A stretch of 59,212 nt of DNA from the NCBI GenBank assembly GCA_016186435.1, contig JACPLQ010000001.1, forward strand, positions 1-59,212, in the 5' to 3' direction. The notes beneath the pieces are model-generated. The model was given only the letters and a program-made list of their open reading frames with translations, did not search any database and had not been told where the DNA came from. Shown here piece by piece: positions 58,954-59,212 of the stretch. The stretch's first letter is position 1. Each line of letters begins with the position of its first letter. The stretch is from Candidatus Nomurabacteria bacterium (lineage in GTDB: Bacteria; Patescibacteriota; Minisyncoccia; Phycocordibacterales; UBA9973). The translations under genes and the position numbers were made by a program.

Positions 58954-59024
58954 TGGACTCACCGGGAATCGGACCCGGGACTCGTCATTGCGAACGACGC
59001 GTAATGCCACTTTACTATGAGCCC
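58954..59024 (-). tRNA. tRNA-Ala(CGC) with G3:U70; T loop TCCGATT (C55); no encoded CCA
   Basis: Acceptor GGGCTCA/TGAGTCC, D arm GTAA-AGTGGCA-TTAC, anticodon arm CGTCG-TTCGCAA-TGACG, T arm CCGGG-TCCGATT-CCCGG. Confidence 0.65.
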
Positions 59025-59047
59025 CTCACATGCGCGCATGTGAGGGG
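59022..59047. repeat. perfect 26-nt palindrome cccctcacatgcgcgcatgtgagggg abutting the tRNA-Ala(CGC) 5' end
   Basis: It is flanked by the direct repeat ctatgagccc (59015-59024 and 59048-59057). Confidence 0.85.
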
Positions 59048-59171
59048 CTATGAGCCCGCCACATGGCAACAGTTAGTATATTTTATTTTAAGGAGAAAGG
59101 CAAAACAAAAAACGGCCAGATTTTAGTTGCAATGTAGTTAAAATAATATAGAATATCTGAGTTCAACACTC

Positions 59172-59212
59172 GGGCCCGTAGCTTAGTTGGTAGAGCGCCT
59201 CATTTGCAATGA
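59172..59212 (+). tRNA. tRNA-Ala(UGC), 5' part only (truncated by the window end)
   Basis: GGGCCCG-TA-GCTT-AGTTGGTA-GAGC-G-CCTCA-TTTGCAA-TGA... Confidence 0.8.

Overview
AT-rich, compact bacterial window of about 59 kb, dominated by housekeeping genes: UvrD/RecB-type helicase-nuclease, a single-chain PheRS, gyrB, thrS, rpmF, nusB, rnc, smc, rnr, rpsP-KH-trmD, rpoB, rpoC, dnaG, rpoD, tsf, rpsB, proS, mreBC, tgt, rnpB and glnA. The small genes, unusual domain fusions and apparent leaderless promoters suggest a Patescibacteria/CPR-like organism; that is inference only. Five things stand out. (1) A complete diversity-generating retroelement at 6583-9107. Its 117-nt VR/TR pair differs at 15 positions, and every one is a TR adenine. 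It sits with a MazF toxin-antitoxin pair in a 3.2-kb insertion bracketed by a duplicated helicase 5' end. (2) A 3-kb segment (55703-58719) bracketed by inverted repeat elements. It carries a TrpR-family regulator, a 26-codon leader ORF with tandem Trp codons plus a terminator, a GC-richer ATP-grasp-like ORF, a non-canonical tRNA-Trp(CCA) and an M14/AstE-like deacylase. (3) A family of GC-rich palindromic elements inserted in frame into essential genes (gyrB twice, rnr, trmD, tgt), with related hairpins in RNase P RNA and intergenic DNA. This resembles Rickettsia palindromic elements. (4) Several small cassettes (RelE TA, GIY-YIG, Fic, a GC-rich lipoprotein) flanked by duplicated termini of the neighbouring gene or tRNA. 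(5) Unusual housekeeping architectures: a hingeless SMC with a central CPLC motif, a mitochondrial-type monomeric PheRS, a NusB-Nudix fusion and a lysine-rich sigma-70 N-terminus. All calls rest on reading the sequence and the supplied ORF track. Hand-called RNA and repeat coordinates are good to a few nt, and no database search or folding computation was run.
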